Assembly (NCBI RefSeq): GCF_001194135.2
Contig: NC_068983.1
Location: 18,339,599 to 18,403,598, forward strand
Origin: Octopus bimaculoides
Taxonomy: Eukaryota
Reading direction: 5' to 3'
DNA length: 64,000 bases
In this document: one piece after another, positions 37,911 through 51,661 of the stretch
Layout of the letters: each line of letters opens with the position of its first letter
How positions within the stretch are numbered: position 1 is the first letter of the stretch
Notes under the pieces: generated by a model
Seen by the model: the letters and a program-made list of their open reading frames with translations, nothing else
What the model was told of the DNA's origin: nothing
Database searches by the model: none
Made by a program: the position numbers and the translations under genes

Positions 37911-38517
37911 CGCCGCATTTTAACGCTGCTAATAATAGGCAACAATGCAAATTCAGCCAGTTTGATATAATAGATTTTTACCTATCAATCGTTGTACAAT
38001 TACCACATACAGTAGCATATTTTTAAATATAAAAGAATGATAAACTCATTAAATAGACTGCACAAAAATGCGTTAATATCGCGATGCTTTTCACATTTCC
38101 AATACGTTTTTCGTCATAATTTCTATATATTCGATAAACATATCTCAAATTATCCTCTAATATCACACTGCACCTGCTAGTTCCCATTCTATAGTCCACT
38201 AACTCGTTAAAACGTAACGGGTTAGTTGCCTGTAAATATCAAAAACAGTTCAAAAGCAAACAGTAAACTAGATAACTCATTGTCAATAAAGTACCTTTCT
38301 CTAAATGGTAGTTTAGTTGATGAAGTTGCCATTTTAAGAAAACAGCATTTTTCTTTTTCAATTTATTAAAAAATATTTGCAGCGAAATTTCCTATTACTA
38401 CTGGATTCATTCTTTCTGTACTAGTTATTGTTCAGCGAGCGTATGACTTCTTGATTATAGGTCTTTCAATATATAATCAATACTATATAATTGATGTGAA
38501 AGTATCTTTACTATCTA

Positions 38518-38930
38518 AGGCGACGAGCTGGCAGAAACGTTAGCACGCTGGGCGAAATGCTTAGCGGTATTTCGTCTGCCGTTACGTTCTGAGTTTAAAT
38601 CCCGCCGAGGTTGACTTTGCCTTTCATCATTTCGGGATCGATAAATTAAGTACCAGTTACGTATTGGGGTCGATGTAATCGACTTAATCCCTTTCTCTCT
38701 CCACCCTATGTTTTTGTGGGTAATAAAGAAATAAGAAACATTAGCACGCCGGGCGAAATGCTTAGCGGTATTAAGTCTGTCTTTATGTTCTGAGTTCAAA
38801 TTCCACTGGGGTCGACTTTGACCTTCATCCTTAAGGTGTCGATTAATTAAATACCAGTTGCATCCTAGGGTCGATCTAATCGACTGCCCCCTCTCCACAA
38901 ATGCCGGGCCTTGTGTCTATATTAAAAAAC
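38518..38930 (+). mobile_element. SINE family B dimer
   Basis: Monomers at 38518-38733 and 38734-38930 joined at AAAGAAATA|AGAAACATTAGCAC. Confidence 0.9.
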
Positions 38931-40232
38931 GTATCTTAGCTAACTATCATATTTTTCAAACTTATTTTAGGATATGTCACCCGTACATTGAAAACTTTGC
39001 AAGCCGTGGAATAAATGTAATACTAACAACTTGATTCTTCACTTGTTACTTTATATTCCACAGATGAAAATGACCTCCTGGATTTTCACTTTATGGGAAA
39101 CTAATAACTGAAGAAATGTCCCTTGTCTCACATTTCTATAACCGTTGTTCGTAGGAATGTTGTCTGATATAACCAAATAGATTACCTGGTCCCCTTTCAT
39201 TTAATCTCTCTTCCTCTTTATGAATTTAATTTATAAATTAATCTTGGCAACAGATACAATTTTACATCTTCTTCATTTACAGTTCTAAGTGTTTATACAT
39301 ACATATACGCCTTTATGTGTGTCTGTGTGTGTACAGGAATTTTGTAATATTCGAAGACGACACCAGATTGATCGAAATCATTACGGCCGAAGCAAGTGTG
39401 CAAAAATATATTTGTGAAAAAAATAGAATATTCACCAATATGTACATATTACTCAAATGATTTGACAAAGGGATAAAAGAAAGCTGTTAAAAATCATGTA
39501 CTCATGTACGGATATTTCAGTCAACTTGATATAAGGTTTTGTAGTGTAAAAATTAGATTAAAAGTTGAATGAGAAGTAATGACTGTAAGTGAGACTATAA
39601 GTAATGCTAACAAGAATATACAGAAAACGAAGAGTAAACAACAAGTGTAAACAACAACAATGAATATAAAATACCTTAGAATTAGCAAATATACATGCAT
39701 GTGGTTAGAGTGAAACTTTGATCTAGAAGAATTCGCAGAGGAAACAAATATGGCTGATTTCTGTGCCCTGGTTGAAGAACAGTAATGAAAATATGTCAAA
39801 TTAAGAGCACCCAGATAATCACGTATTGGTTTACTTATTGCATTCACACCCACAACAAGGAGCTTTATATACGGAAAGAAGGAAAGGTAAATTGTTACAA
39901 GGGACTTAATAAGAATGAAAAATAAGTACTGATCCCAAAATTTACTGGAGATAAGAACGTTTCAATTTGACGTGCAATTTATTTAGTAAATTCAAAAATT
40001 GATGAGAAAACAAACACCTTGTTTTCTTATGACTATGATCAAAGTACCTTCCCAATGAAAAAAGAAAAATCCATAAAAACATCCCAAGTTTCAGGGATCA
40101 TTCTGCATGTGTTTGCAGATGATCATACAGATGCTTTACACTAAAATCTAAGCAGCTGTCACACAAAAAGAAGTATTCGTCTCGAAGGAAATTCCAATTT
40201 CATATACTTTCTGTACACACTTGACAAATTAG

Positions 40233-40474
40233 TTATTCAGGAAAGATTAATAATAATAGTATGCTGAGAATGATTAATTCCCATGACTCTAGTGCTGATG
40301 AGCAACGCAAAATCGTGACGTCGTTATCCTTATCAATTTCTAAGTTCTTTAGATAAAGTATCTTAGCAAATGTTTCCACTGCTTTCCTAATGGAGCAATC
40401 TCCAGCTATATAAACTTGTTCAATCATCTGTCTATGATTTATAGAAGTATGTGCGAAGAATCGTATTCCTTCGT
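40233..40474 (-). CDS. Candidate terminal exon or pseudo-exon encoding a death-domain-like peptide
   Basis: Strong acceptor TTCTTTCTTTCATTTATGTAG followed by 80 open codons: EGIRFFAHTSINHRQMIEQVYIAGDCSIRKAVETFAKILYLKNLEIDKDNDVTILRCSSALESWEL... The pattern IA....FA..L.L..EI..DN....C...L..W resembles death domains, judged by eye only. Confidence 0.25.
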
Positions 40475-41440
40475 CTACATAAATGAAAGAAAGAATCTCT
40501 ACACAAGAGCCATAAAAGGACTTTTGACATTTTAATTAATCATTATATGAAATAAGATATAACTAATTCCAAAATTAATATTGATTGGCTTATAACATTT
40601 TTCTTTTTCATTCGTGTTAGTAAAAAAATAAAAGTTTGTCACTTGTGTTTCTTTTGCCTATGAAAAAGCTATCAAAATACTGTAGCTATAACATTCTTTA
40701 TCTTGCACCTAAGTGCATAATGTCGCATGGTCCCACCATATGTTCTATAGGATTGCATTTGCGAAGAACAATGCATCTACTTGGACAATATTTCGTTGAA
40801 ATTATAACTTGAAATGCAATATATACAATATAATCATCCAGCAGCTTGATCACACAAATAATCATAATTAAACATAGCAAATACATTTTGGTTCCACATT
40901 TAGATTACAGGGAATTCTTTATAATAATTTTGGAACCAACAACATATTTCCGATGCTTGGACTGCTATTCTACGAAGTGTTGTGCTCTTGAAGAAGAGAA
41001 AGTTAAAAGTATTTCCTCAAAACAAAATGGTCTTTGCTTGTTGGAATATACAGATTGTCACAGTGTTATCGTCGAAATATCTGGTGTAACTGTGGAGATA
41101 GAAAAACGTTCTAATGTGTGAACATTTGTTTTCTCATAGTTAACGTTATTTTGTTCAAAAAGCAGAGTTTGAAAGCAAATTTAACATGGATTTATTAAAC
41201 CAATAACTGTTCTTAAAATTTTAACTTCACATATGTTTTCGAAAACCATTAATGAACATGAAATGACATGTAATCCAAATATTTTCTTTCACAAATATAT
41301 CTTTACCCGAGTATATATTTCGGTGTATTTGGTTCCGTCTTAGATCAACATCTTTTTCTATCGATTTGTTCTCGTTCAATAAACGCTTGAATTAATACTA
41401 ACAAGTGTTCAATGTATGTACTATCGAAGAATATATCTTA

Positions 41441-42651
41441 TATATGTGTCTGTGCTGAAATCTCGCATTTGAAAAAAGAAACATTAAATTTATTTTCGAA
41501 TATTTATATATTTAATCAAAATATGATCCTTGTTCATTTATGACCTTCATCCAACGCTCCGCTAAAACATATATTCCATCTTCAAAGAATTTGTCATCTT
41601 TTACGCTGATAAACTGTTCAAATGCTTCAATTACCTCTTCTGTATCTAAGAATGTGTTATTGCGTACAGCAAGCTCGAAGTGTTTAAATATGTGATAATA
41701 AGTAGGAGAGATATCAGGAGAATAAGGAGAATGTGTCAACACTCCGTCTTTTAAGGCTTTGCAACTTGTGGACCGTAGCTTGACAACTGTGAGGCTGTGC
41801 ATTATCATGAACTAACATTGGGCCATCTCTATTCACTAATCTGGGTTGCTTCTTTTTTAATTTTTCATGTAAACAATCAATTTCCTGACAATACGATGTG
41901 GCTGTTACAGTTTTTCCCTGTAAAACTGAATAATAAATAACTCCCTTTGTTGACTACCATACAGTGACTATCAGCTTCTTAGGGTGTAATGATGGTTTTG
42001 GGTAGTTATTTGGTGACTCTTCTGCATCTAAGCACTGTCCTGTCCTCCTGCTGTTATCAAAGGATATCCATTTCCCATCACACATAATGGGTCGATACAA
42101 AAATGGTCCTCTTTCCGTAAAGCATCTGTTTCTTTGAATCCCATTAATTTGATGGGGAACAAACCTGTCCATGCTTTTAACTTTTTCAATTTTCTTCAAA
42201 GGTCGAGAAGCAGTTGCGGGAGATGTCTGGGGCACTGATCCGATTTTTCGGACCGTTGTTCTCGGATTTTCTTTAACCAAAGCATTCAATTCATCATGCT
42301 GAATAGCTGATTTTGGTCTCCCTCTTGGTTAAATTTTAAGGCTTTCATTTCCTGAACGAAATCTTTGGAACCATCTCTGAACAGTTTTAATGCCAACAGA
42401 ATCGTTAATAAAAGCCCGTTTGATGTTTCGTAGAGCTTCGGTGGTCGAGTGATCGAACTTGGTATTTTTCACTCGGTACTGTTCAGGTGTTATAAGAGCT
42501 GTGGGTGGCAATTTTGAATAATAGTATTGTCCTGAAAGAAAAAGAGTTAAGAGTAAACACAAGCATATTCATAGAAACTCATTAAAAAATCTATTTATAG
42601 ATGACACATAAAAAAAGCCATTTAAAATACATTTCATGTGAGACAACCTAA
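41441..42651 (-). mobile_element. Mariner element, near full length, pseudogenised
   Basis: Fragments TVQRWFQRFRSGNESL, FVPHQI, CDGKWISFDN, KPSLHPKKLIVTVW and HSPYSPDISPTYYHIF. 5' TIR TA|TTAGGTTGTCTCACATGAAATG at 42653-42630; other TIR degenerate near 41441-41470. Confidence 0.9.
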
Positions 42652-43118
42652 TATTGTAGATGTTCATGGTTGCAAATACGTGCTTTTGTGCTCAATTTTA
42701 TGCATGCTTGCTTATGTATATGTTTGCATAGATATGCATGCTGGTATTTTAGTGTCTGTGAGTATATTTTGTCATGCTTGAATGTATATGCGTGAGTGTT
42801 AGCATAAGAATGTATCGCTGTAAGTGGGTATTTATAGGTACGTAAACTTATGTATGTGTATTTATTTGTATAAGCATATTTGAGTATTTAATGTTTTATA
42901 TTCAAATCAGTTTTTCTTATTTTTATTTCTAAATTTTAGTCTTTAAATTTTGCTTGTGCTATACATTATCATTTCGGTTTGTTTACTTGCCTGGAGACAC
43001 AAGACACGTTATAAAAATCTGCCTAACACTTTTCTTAATGGCAAGAAACAATTACTAGTACAATGTACATTAAATGTCCGCGCGCTCGCGCGCACACACA
43101 TGCCCACACACACGCACA

Positions 43119-43189
<71 letters not shown>

Positions 43190-44049
43190 GGCATCTAGAC
43201 ACTGATTTGTGTTTGAGTTTGCATATGATTGGTATTTCACGGTATGAGATTGCTGCATCAAATATATAACAGACGTACAGTCGTCAATTCTAACGCTAAT
43301 ACCATAGGAAATATCAGATGGCTCACCAACTTTTAATATTTCTAATAAACGGTACCCTGCTGTGACTAAAAAAAATGAGGTATTCCAAGAATAATTTATA
43401 TTCAGCACCATTAGAAATGTAACTCAAAATTTACTTCTAAACTAAATGAAATAAATTGCATTCAGTAATTATACTTCTGTACGTGAAATGAATATTCATA
43501 TAGCTAAATGAATATATGTCAATCAACACAAGAGTTGTGTTACATATTTTCATTTTGTCCTCAATTAGTCTATGTTGAAATTAACATTTAATATATAGAG
43601 TTACACATACTGCATATTTTTTAATTCTTATTTACGAAATTTATAGATAATTTATAATAGGTGTGATAATGCTAAACGAACAGCAGCTCTTGAAATATAT
43701 TCGAAATCTTATCAGTTAAAAGTTGTACGTATAGCCAATATGTTGGCGCTGTTCGGGATTGAATTTTCGTTTATGAAATACTATTTGTTGACTGTCTACT
43801 CTCATGATTATAATAAGACTGATAATTTATCAATAAATATAATGCTACTTTTCACATTTTAGTCAGCAGCTAAGACAGGACCTTGAGACTTCATAAGTCG
43901 CAGTGAGAGGAAGGCGTCCTGTAACCGGAGGTCTGAAACGGAATGGTGTAACAGATCGAACATCAGCAAAGCTTTCAAGACGGTGCTTTTGACAGGTTGA
44001 GGGTCGCGGAAGATTTTTAAAGAGCCGTAACAAATAACAAGATGTCACC

Positions 44050-44190
44050 GGATCGGCGTTCTTGCGGTGGTACCAATTTACCGCCCGGGATTGATCCTTA
44101 TTTTATGACACCCTAATTGGCCGTCGGAGTATTTGAATTCAGAATGCAGTTCTTTGGAACAAATAAACCGAAGTCATTCTGTCTGACGTT
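44050..44190 (-). mobile_element. Highly decayed SINE family B-like copy
   Basis: CTTATTTTATGACACCC..GTCGGAGTATTTGAATTCAGAATG resembles the reverse complement of the family B head and centre. Confidence 0.4.
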
Positions 44191-45695
44191 CTAAGGACTT
44201 TGATAATTAACTGTTTATATGTATAAAAGGTATTTGACAGGTAATGTACAATATTCTTCTGGCAACGTGTTCGATTCTTGTCGATATTACATCTAAATCT
44301 AAATCATACATTGCAAACTGCACTGACACAAGAATATGCAGTAATTCTGCTGCATTTAAAAAGGCTGTTCGAAAAGAATATGGAATATAGCCTGCATATA
44401 GAAGCATGTCATCTGATTTTTTTCTAGTAGATTTACTATTTGACAGTCAATATATCAGCTATATAAAAATAAATAAATAAATCAAAGACTTCAGAGCTTA
44501 GTAACCAAATATATTTTATCAACTGCTATGTTCAAAACAGCTCACATTCAGAACGAACCAAGAATGGTAGCCGTATACTTTCTTTATCGAATTTGTATGA
44601 AAATATTACAAAAATTGAGTAAAATATTCAATGAACATATGTAAGTATGTACGTTAGCAAATATAAATCATTGAAAATAACCATCATTTAATAAAAAGAC
44701 ACCCAAATATGAATTCAGCTCATACACTGTTGTACTGTGAAATATTTTGATAGTTTACATTGGAAATACATTTTAATGGTATGAAATTATTGCATACAGT
44801 TGTTCAAATGGCACTTAATTTACCAATACCAAATATTTATATATATATATATATATGAAAGGAAATTTAACTTCAGTTGAACTTGAACTCAGAAAGCAAG
44901 AAATACCACTAGGGATTTTGTAAATCCGGACATTATATAGATTATTTTCAAAAAAATATGATATTAGGGTTTGCAACTCTAATTCCCTCCATGAAAAATT
45001 CTTCGTATCCACATTTGAATTCTTGTACTTGATTTTTATTTCATTCCAAAACAAAGCATGGTATCATACGCACTCACATACACAGGTGCGTACGCACATG
45101 CACGTACATGCACGCACATGCACGCACATGCACGCACGTTTCGTTTTATCTCTTTCTCCTTAAATCTCTATATATGTTGTTGGAGAGAAATAGTCAAATA
45201 GTCAACGATAAATTCGTTGATAGTTAAACATGTATCCACACCCAGAGAAAACATCATAACAACTTTAATGCTCTGTCCTCATATTTAATATAGACAAAAT
45301 GTCATAATGTCATTCACACAATTCTATTTACACCAACATAAATACTTAGTAAACTTTCATTAGGTGTCACTATTTTATATATGTATACTAATGTCTACAC
45401 TTACGGGAGGTTTTCTAGTTTATGGCCGGTCTATCAAAATAGTGATTGTTAACAATTTCATTAGTTACTATAAAAGGAATTGCTGATACAATGTATCTTA
45501 TAATTTCATTATGACAAATTTGAATTATAGCTTAAGAATGAAAAGAGAAACTACTTTCATGTTGAAATAGAGCATTTACGATCACATCTGTAGACACACA
45601 AAACCCATTATATATTATATGAAAATATGCATGTAGAAATGAGCATATATGCATATGCCAACATATCCATTTATATATACATACATACATACACA

Positions 45696-45742
<47 letters not shown>

Positions 45743-45759
45743 GACACACACACACATAC

Positions 45760-45813
<54 letters not shown>

Positions 45814-46647
45814 TTATATACATACACGTGTACATGCATACACATATACATATGCGTATACATATATGCATATATAAATAACACATTATGTACATCAGTG
45901 CATATATACATCTATATGTAGATATACATTTATATAAGTATATGTATGCATAAAATAAAGAGGAATTTTCCTGTATAAATGGATGACGTACAGCTCAATT
46001 TATTCTGATAAAATGCATCATTGGGTGTTAATAATTGAGTTATGTTCAAACTACAAACTTCTGAAACTAAACACTTCTGTTACATTTCCGTAAATTAGAT
46101 TCCACTAATTTTCTCTATATAATTGCATTTAAGTCACTAAAATTGTATGAAGTTTAGTTAGTAGCTTTCAGAAAATTTTGAACACTGTGGGCAATTATCA
46201 ATACTGTTATATAAACACACACAGTTACCTTCAGCATAAGATACTCACATTTGCGTCTCGCGGACAGAAGGAATTGTATAGACAGAAGAAGTGATTTTCT
46301 TTTTGTATTTTTTTTTGCCCAGTATCAAGGACAATCCTTTCTACCATTGTCCAATATTTGTTCAGCCTTTGTAAAACCCCAGTATATTACTGGCAACATG
46401 TGGAAAACTTGGGAGACTGGGCAACCCCAAAGTAAAAATAGCTGTACGAGCTTAGTATTTTTCATTCATTTATTCTTATTCATTTATTTATTTTTATTTA
46501 TCTATTTATTTACTTGTTTATTTTGATTACGTATACATTTTATTGTAATCAATTAATAAATAGATACAATAAATATTTACAGGCTGATGTTTGCCCATTG
46601 ATTATCCTCTCCATTTTCTTATTTGCCTTACATGTATACTTACATAT

Positions 46648-46762
<115 letters not shown>

Positions 46763-48578
46763 AGTGTGTGTGTTTGTGTGTGTGTGTGTGTGTGTATGTG
46801 TGTGTGTGTGTGTGTGTATGTGTTGTAATCATATTTCGGTGTTTGTGTGAGCATTAAGATCATAGTCAAGCATGGATTTAACGAGTTTCGATTTCATAAT
46901 TAGAGAAGTGTTTCTACTGCGGCACATCTGTTTGAGATGTTTAACCATTTCCTAGCTTATTTGTTATCCGTTTTAATGACATATATGTTTATCTGTAACA
47001 CACACAAACACACACACACACACCCACAAACACACACACAAACACACATAAACACACACAGACACACATAAGAGTATATATTTATGTAAGTTTATGTGTA
47101 AGTTTATCCATATATATATATATATATATATGTCCATCTACATACATGCATATATTTGCGTGTGTGTTTGTATTTGCATGTATGTGTGCGCGTGTGAGAA
47201 ATTCGTGAGTGTCTCTTTTTATGTATAATTGACACTTATACAAATATATATTATCGCAACTGGATATGAAGCCGGTTAATATAACCCGGTGACCGCGAAA
47301 ACATATGTTCTCTGTTGCAGACAATCTTGCATATATCAAAGCATAAAATGCTTAATAAATACAAGCTTTGCACGTATAATTCTTATGTTATGAATCAAAT
47401 ATTCTATTTATTTTCACATTTCTCTATTCTTTCTAAAGCAAAGAAACGGTTGCATTTCGGATACATATTCGTAGCAACTTTGAATAGAAAGCAAGCTATT
47501 CTGTTCTAATCAATAGCTTAATGCATTTTTAGTATTCTGAAATGCTTACTGATTTAGTGTAACGTGGGACATTTTCTGAGCAGCAAATGGTAGTTATGTG
47601 TTTGAGAAGCATTTAACCTCTAGGCTATGTTCAAAACTAAATCCGTAACGACGACGTTTAAGCTTTTTTTATTGACTCATAATTCTTTCTCTATTGCATT
47701 GGCCCACAGAATGCCAGTTATGTTCAACACTTAAGAAATGGAATGTGCTTTGAATATGATTACATGTTAATGGTAATTATATGAAGTGAATTGGCGTTTT
47801 ATGTTGCCAGTTGATTGTATAGTTTTAGGAGGTATTATGCACGGATAATATAAATGTGTGTGTTTGTGTGTGTGTATGTGTGTGTGTGTTTGAGAGAGAG
47901 AGAGAGAGAGATATTTTGTATGTATATTTCTATACATATTCATATACATCTGTCAATCTACAATCTATCCATCTATATCTATCAATGACATATATATGTA
48001 TGTATGTACCTATATATATATAGAAATGTACGTGTTTATGTATATAAATACATACATATATATAAATATATATACATATATGCACGTATACCTCTCTATG
48101 TATGTCTATATAAATGTATATATATGTGCATATACATATGTGTGTGTAATTATCTTACAAAGCGTTATGTTTGCGGTTACACACTCATATAAAATACTCA
48201 TAAATAAACTACTGATATATGAAAGAATTGGTAATTGTTATAGGACACAGAAGATTTATGATTGAGTACTGGTAAATTATTCCTTGATGATTCCTATTAG
48301 GTCATTGTTTACGTAAAATATGTTACAGCAACTGGAACATTTTATTTTGCGTATACGACTTTCACAGTTCAGAATACTGAACTAAAGTTTGCTGTTTATT
48401 TTCGGAAATATTCATGGTTATAATATCATGATGTATTACTTATGTTCTAAATGTTTTGTGACTGGACACATGAATGGTATTGGCACACGTAAATAATATT
48501 TTGAGTGCTGTATACATAAACATAGAGGTGAACATCAACGTTTGTAGCTAAAAACCTTCATATGCTTATATATATATA

Positions 48579-49150
48579 TGAAAGGGGAGAATTCACAAAA
48601 AAAAAACAAAAGACGAAGACAGGTGGTGTAGACAACAAACACATATATTAGTTTAACTCTCGGAAAGTGAAAAAGAGTTTAACGTTTCGAACCTACGCCC
48701 TTCCACAGAAAGGAACACACGAAGAAACAAGGAGAGAACATAAAGAATGTGTAGTGGCTAGCGATCTATCATGGCGAATGCCGGACAGAGGGATCACACA
48801 AGAGAGCTGGGAAGAAGGGGAGATAATAAAGTAGTGGTGATAATAAAGTGGTGGTGATCCCAAAACGAAGGTGCGTGCGCATGTGTATGCATGTGTAGGT
48901 GTGTGGATGATGGTGCGGGGCTGGGAAGTGGTCAGTGCTAGTGTGTGCGTGGTGGTGTGATGTGATGTGGTGTTGTGTGGTGTGGTGGTGTATGGTGTGG
49001 TGGTGTGTAGTGTGGTGGTGTTGGGATGTGAGGGAGGCGAGAGTGGGAAAAGCAAGCGTGGGGTGTGGGTTAGACTGAGGGTGGGGGTAGAGGTGGGGGT
49101 ATGTAGGAGTGGGTGTAAGGGATGGTGAGCGGGTGGGATTGGATGGTTAG
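48579..49150 (-). mobile_element. Retroelement 3' terminal remnant (pLTR-like) with a variant hammerhead and GT-rich body
   Basis: Begins at (TA)n 48567-48578 with AAAGGGGAGAATTC, similar to AAAAGGAGAATTC at 8287; carries a minus-strand HHR-like motif. Confidence 0.55.
48678..48712 (-). ncRNA. Minimal type I hammerhead variant (core CUGUGGA)
   Basis: CTTT-CTGTGGA-A-GGGC-GTAG-GTTC-GAAAC-GTT-AAA. 4-bp stem II with wobbles, palindromic ACGT, 3-bp stem I. Confidence 0.5.
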
Positions 49151-50560
49151 TGTAGGTGGTCTTGTGGGTCTATTTCTCCTCTCAAAAATAAAGCAACGCT
49201 TTCCCAACATCTCAAGTGGACTCTATCGAAATGATGCTCGGTTTGCAATTAAAAGCGTATCAGTATCTGAGATCGAACGAGATAAGAAATCCATGATTAA
49301 ATTCTGTAAAAGCTTAAATTTCGAAAACTTAAATTTTGTTTTTGAAATAAATAATAAGGTGGCTAATTTCCTGGACGTCACACTGAACCTAATCATTGAC
49401 CTATGTTACCCATATAGGAAATCTAATTGAACTCTTCAATATTTGAATTCCCTTTCTAATCACCCTATGTCAACTCCCATTAGCTTAACAATAGCCGTTT
49501 CGATCTGAATCTCGAAACGTATCTGCTAATGAGAAGATATTTAACACTCATGCTCCCTAATATAATAATGCTTTGAGATTAAGTGGTTATAGGGATAATA
49601 TATTTTATATTCTTAACACAAAACTAAGATAAAATTCGATAAATTATTCATGAGATCCAACTTAGATTCTAAATTTCTAGTCTTGCTGTCAAATAAACCG
49701 GTGAAATATATAAATAATCGAATTATGGGTCACACTTAAAAAAATAACACGCCATCTAGAAATTACCATAATAATATTCTATAACTCTAACCATGTGAAT
49801 GAAGCTAAGACCTCTAAATCAAGGAAAAGGGAAGTTATATGGTTCGCCCCCGCCCCCATTATCAGTTCAGGTCAAACAATTGCCGAAAATATCCTTTTAG
49901 ATTTTGAGAGAAAATTTCTCAAGGCATAACAACTATCACTCTATCTTCAACAAATCATGTTTGAAGCATTCGTTTTCTACTACTCCAAATTTAGGATCAA
50001 TCATAGCCTCCATAAATTGATCAAAACTTAGACGTAAGGTCACACTCTGCTCTAATCCTGCTATTTCATCCCATAACCAAGATAATCATATTAGTACTAA
50101 TATAAGCAATATGACTGGCTACTCCACATCGGTCGAGGGTCCTGTAACCTCAGTTAAATGTATGACCAATGATGGTACACGAACTAAAACATGTAACTCT
50201 CGTAACCCGGATAAATGCCCGCATGCTGGATTTTGTTGCAATAACGTGGTTTATAAGTGCCGCATAGAGATTCCTATCGCAAATATGTTAAAGTCTATAT
50301 AGGAAGTACGGTTGACGTTAAGCTTCGCTACATGGCTCAATTGAACTCCTTTAATAATTGAAGATATAAATCTTCAACAGCGCTAGCCACATACATACAA
50401 GATCTCGGGTTGATCAGTACACAATATTATTTACCCTGGTCCTTTATACACAGTTACTTTATGCCCAATTTACTACTCCAAATATCTTGACAATATTTAT
50501 GATCGTACCTAGCCATGAGCTGTCAAATAACTCTTACTCTTCATTCCAAACAGGCACAGT
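49150..50560 (+). pseudogene. PLE RT / GIY-YIG ORF remnant
   Basis: ORF-track pieces 49122-49430 and 50111-50302 plus intervening frames, with many stops and frameshifts. Confidence 0.88.
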
Positions 50561-50787
50561 CCGTTAGTGTTAGATTTAGTAGTTGATAAAAAGACAAATA
50601 CTTTAGAAATGAACCACAATCCTTTACAAGATATGACCCCAGTAAGCTCCATGCTTTTCTTGGAAGTGTAGTCTATTCTTAGCTACAATAGCGACAACAT
50701 GGATTTCTTCCATCTTCATACTCTGTTAAAATATCTGAGAAAAATGATATTAATGTGTCCGACTGATTAAAATTTCTATTTATTTGG

Positions 50788-50871
50788 GCAGCTGATGATA
50801 GCCATGCATTTAAATTGATGTAATGGTTGTATTGTTCAATTAAATGGAGCCGCTTGAAACGGTCGTACTGC
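50788..50871 (+). ncRNA. Type I hammerhead ribozyme with intact catalytic core
   Basis: GCAG-CTGATGA-[57-nt domain II: TAGC..CATTTAA-A-TTGA..TCAA-TTAAATG..GCTT]-GAAAC-GGTC-GTA-CTGC. Predicted cleavage after 50867; sense orientation about 230 nt downstream of the GIY-YIG ORF. Confidence 0.85.
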
Positions 50872-51630
50872 AACACTTCCTGATATCCTGTTGATTATTT
50901 TGATTTTATTCACCTTATTTCGAACTGTGCAGATAATACCGAACTGATTTTATGCTTCAGCTGCAGTACCTAATACAACAAAATCTCAAATATTTCTTAA
51001 CTCGTCAACCAAAGACACACACACACACACACACGCACACACACACACGCGCACACACACACACTCATACACACACATACACACACACACACACACACGC
51101 ACACAAATACACACACACACACCCACACACACACACACCCACACACACACACACGTGATGGTCGTCCACTCATGAGCGAGGGAAGACCATTGCTGACCTT
51201 CAGGAACATTATGCGTTCTAAGGTTTGCATTTTACATTTTAAATATGTATAATTGAATCCATTATAGGGACAGCACATCTACAAAACGATCGTTAGATGC
51301 TTTAAAACTTATTTCAAAATGTTTAAACTGACATATTTGTTGTTATTATATATTTATACTTATACATATTTACATATATTTATATATATCTATATTTTAA
51401 TACAGCAATTATTTTACACACGTATATATCTTTCTGATGAATTTTCTAATATTGATTTCTTGATATTATTAATAATATATTATAAAATATATATAATTGC
51501 TCGTATTAAATACATAACTACTTTAATAGTATTAATAATTTGATACAACCGAACACTCAATATTAATTCAGTATATAATATTCTCATTGAATATATTTAA
51601 CTAAAGTTTTGTATATACATATATAAATAA

Positions 51631-51661
<31 letters not shown>

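Larger units (their letters stand above)
49150..50985 (+). mobile_element. Penelope-like element (probably Neptune clade), 5'-truncated: RT C-terminal half, Cys-rich linker, GIY-YIG, 3' terminal repeat with hammerhead
   Basis: LVGLFLL..SGLYRNDA (YRDD motif), ANFLDVTLNL, SNHP, YNNALRLSGY, KRKREVIWF.PP-like segment, KTCNSRNPDKCPH.G.C.NNVVYKC and YKSSTALATYIQDL; ends before (CA)n. Confidence 0.9.

Noticed and set aside
40291-40325. CTGATGA-GC-AAC-GC-AAAA resembling a hammerhead
   Set aside because: No stem I and no coherent stem III; isolated CTGATGA matches are expected several times by chance in 128 kb of both strands.
40846-41121. 91-aa Cys-containing ORF and an opposite-strand acceptor
   Set aside because: No identifiable domain; all frames after the minus-strand acceptor stop early.
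47255-47312. Hairpin CCGGTT/AACCCGG followed by GAAAACATATGTT
   Set aside because: Core is not recoverable without several assumed changes.
51276-51300. CATCT..AAAAC-GATC-GTT-AGATG
   Set aside because: Only the 3' half of a hammerhead; no CUGANGA half, so it cannot be called.
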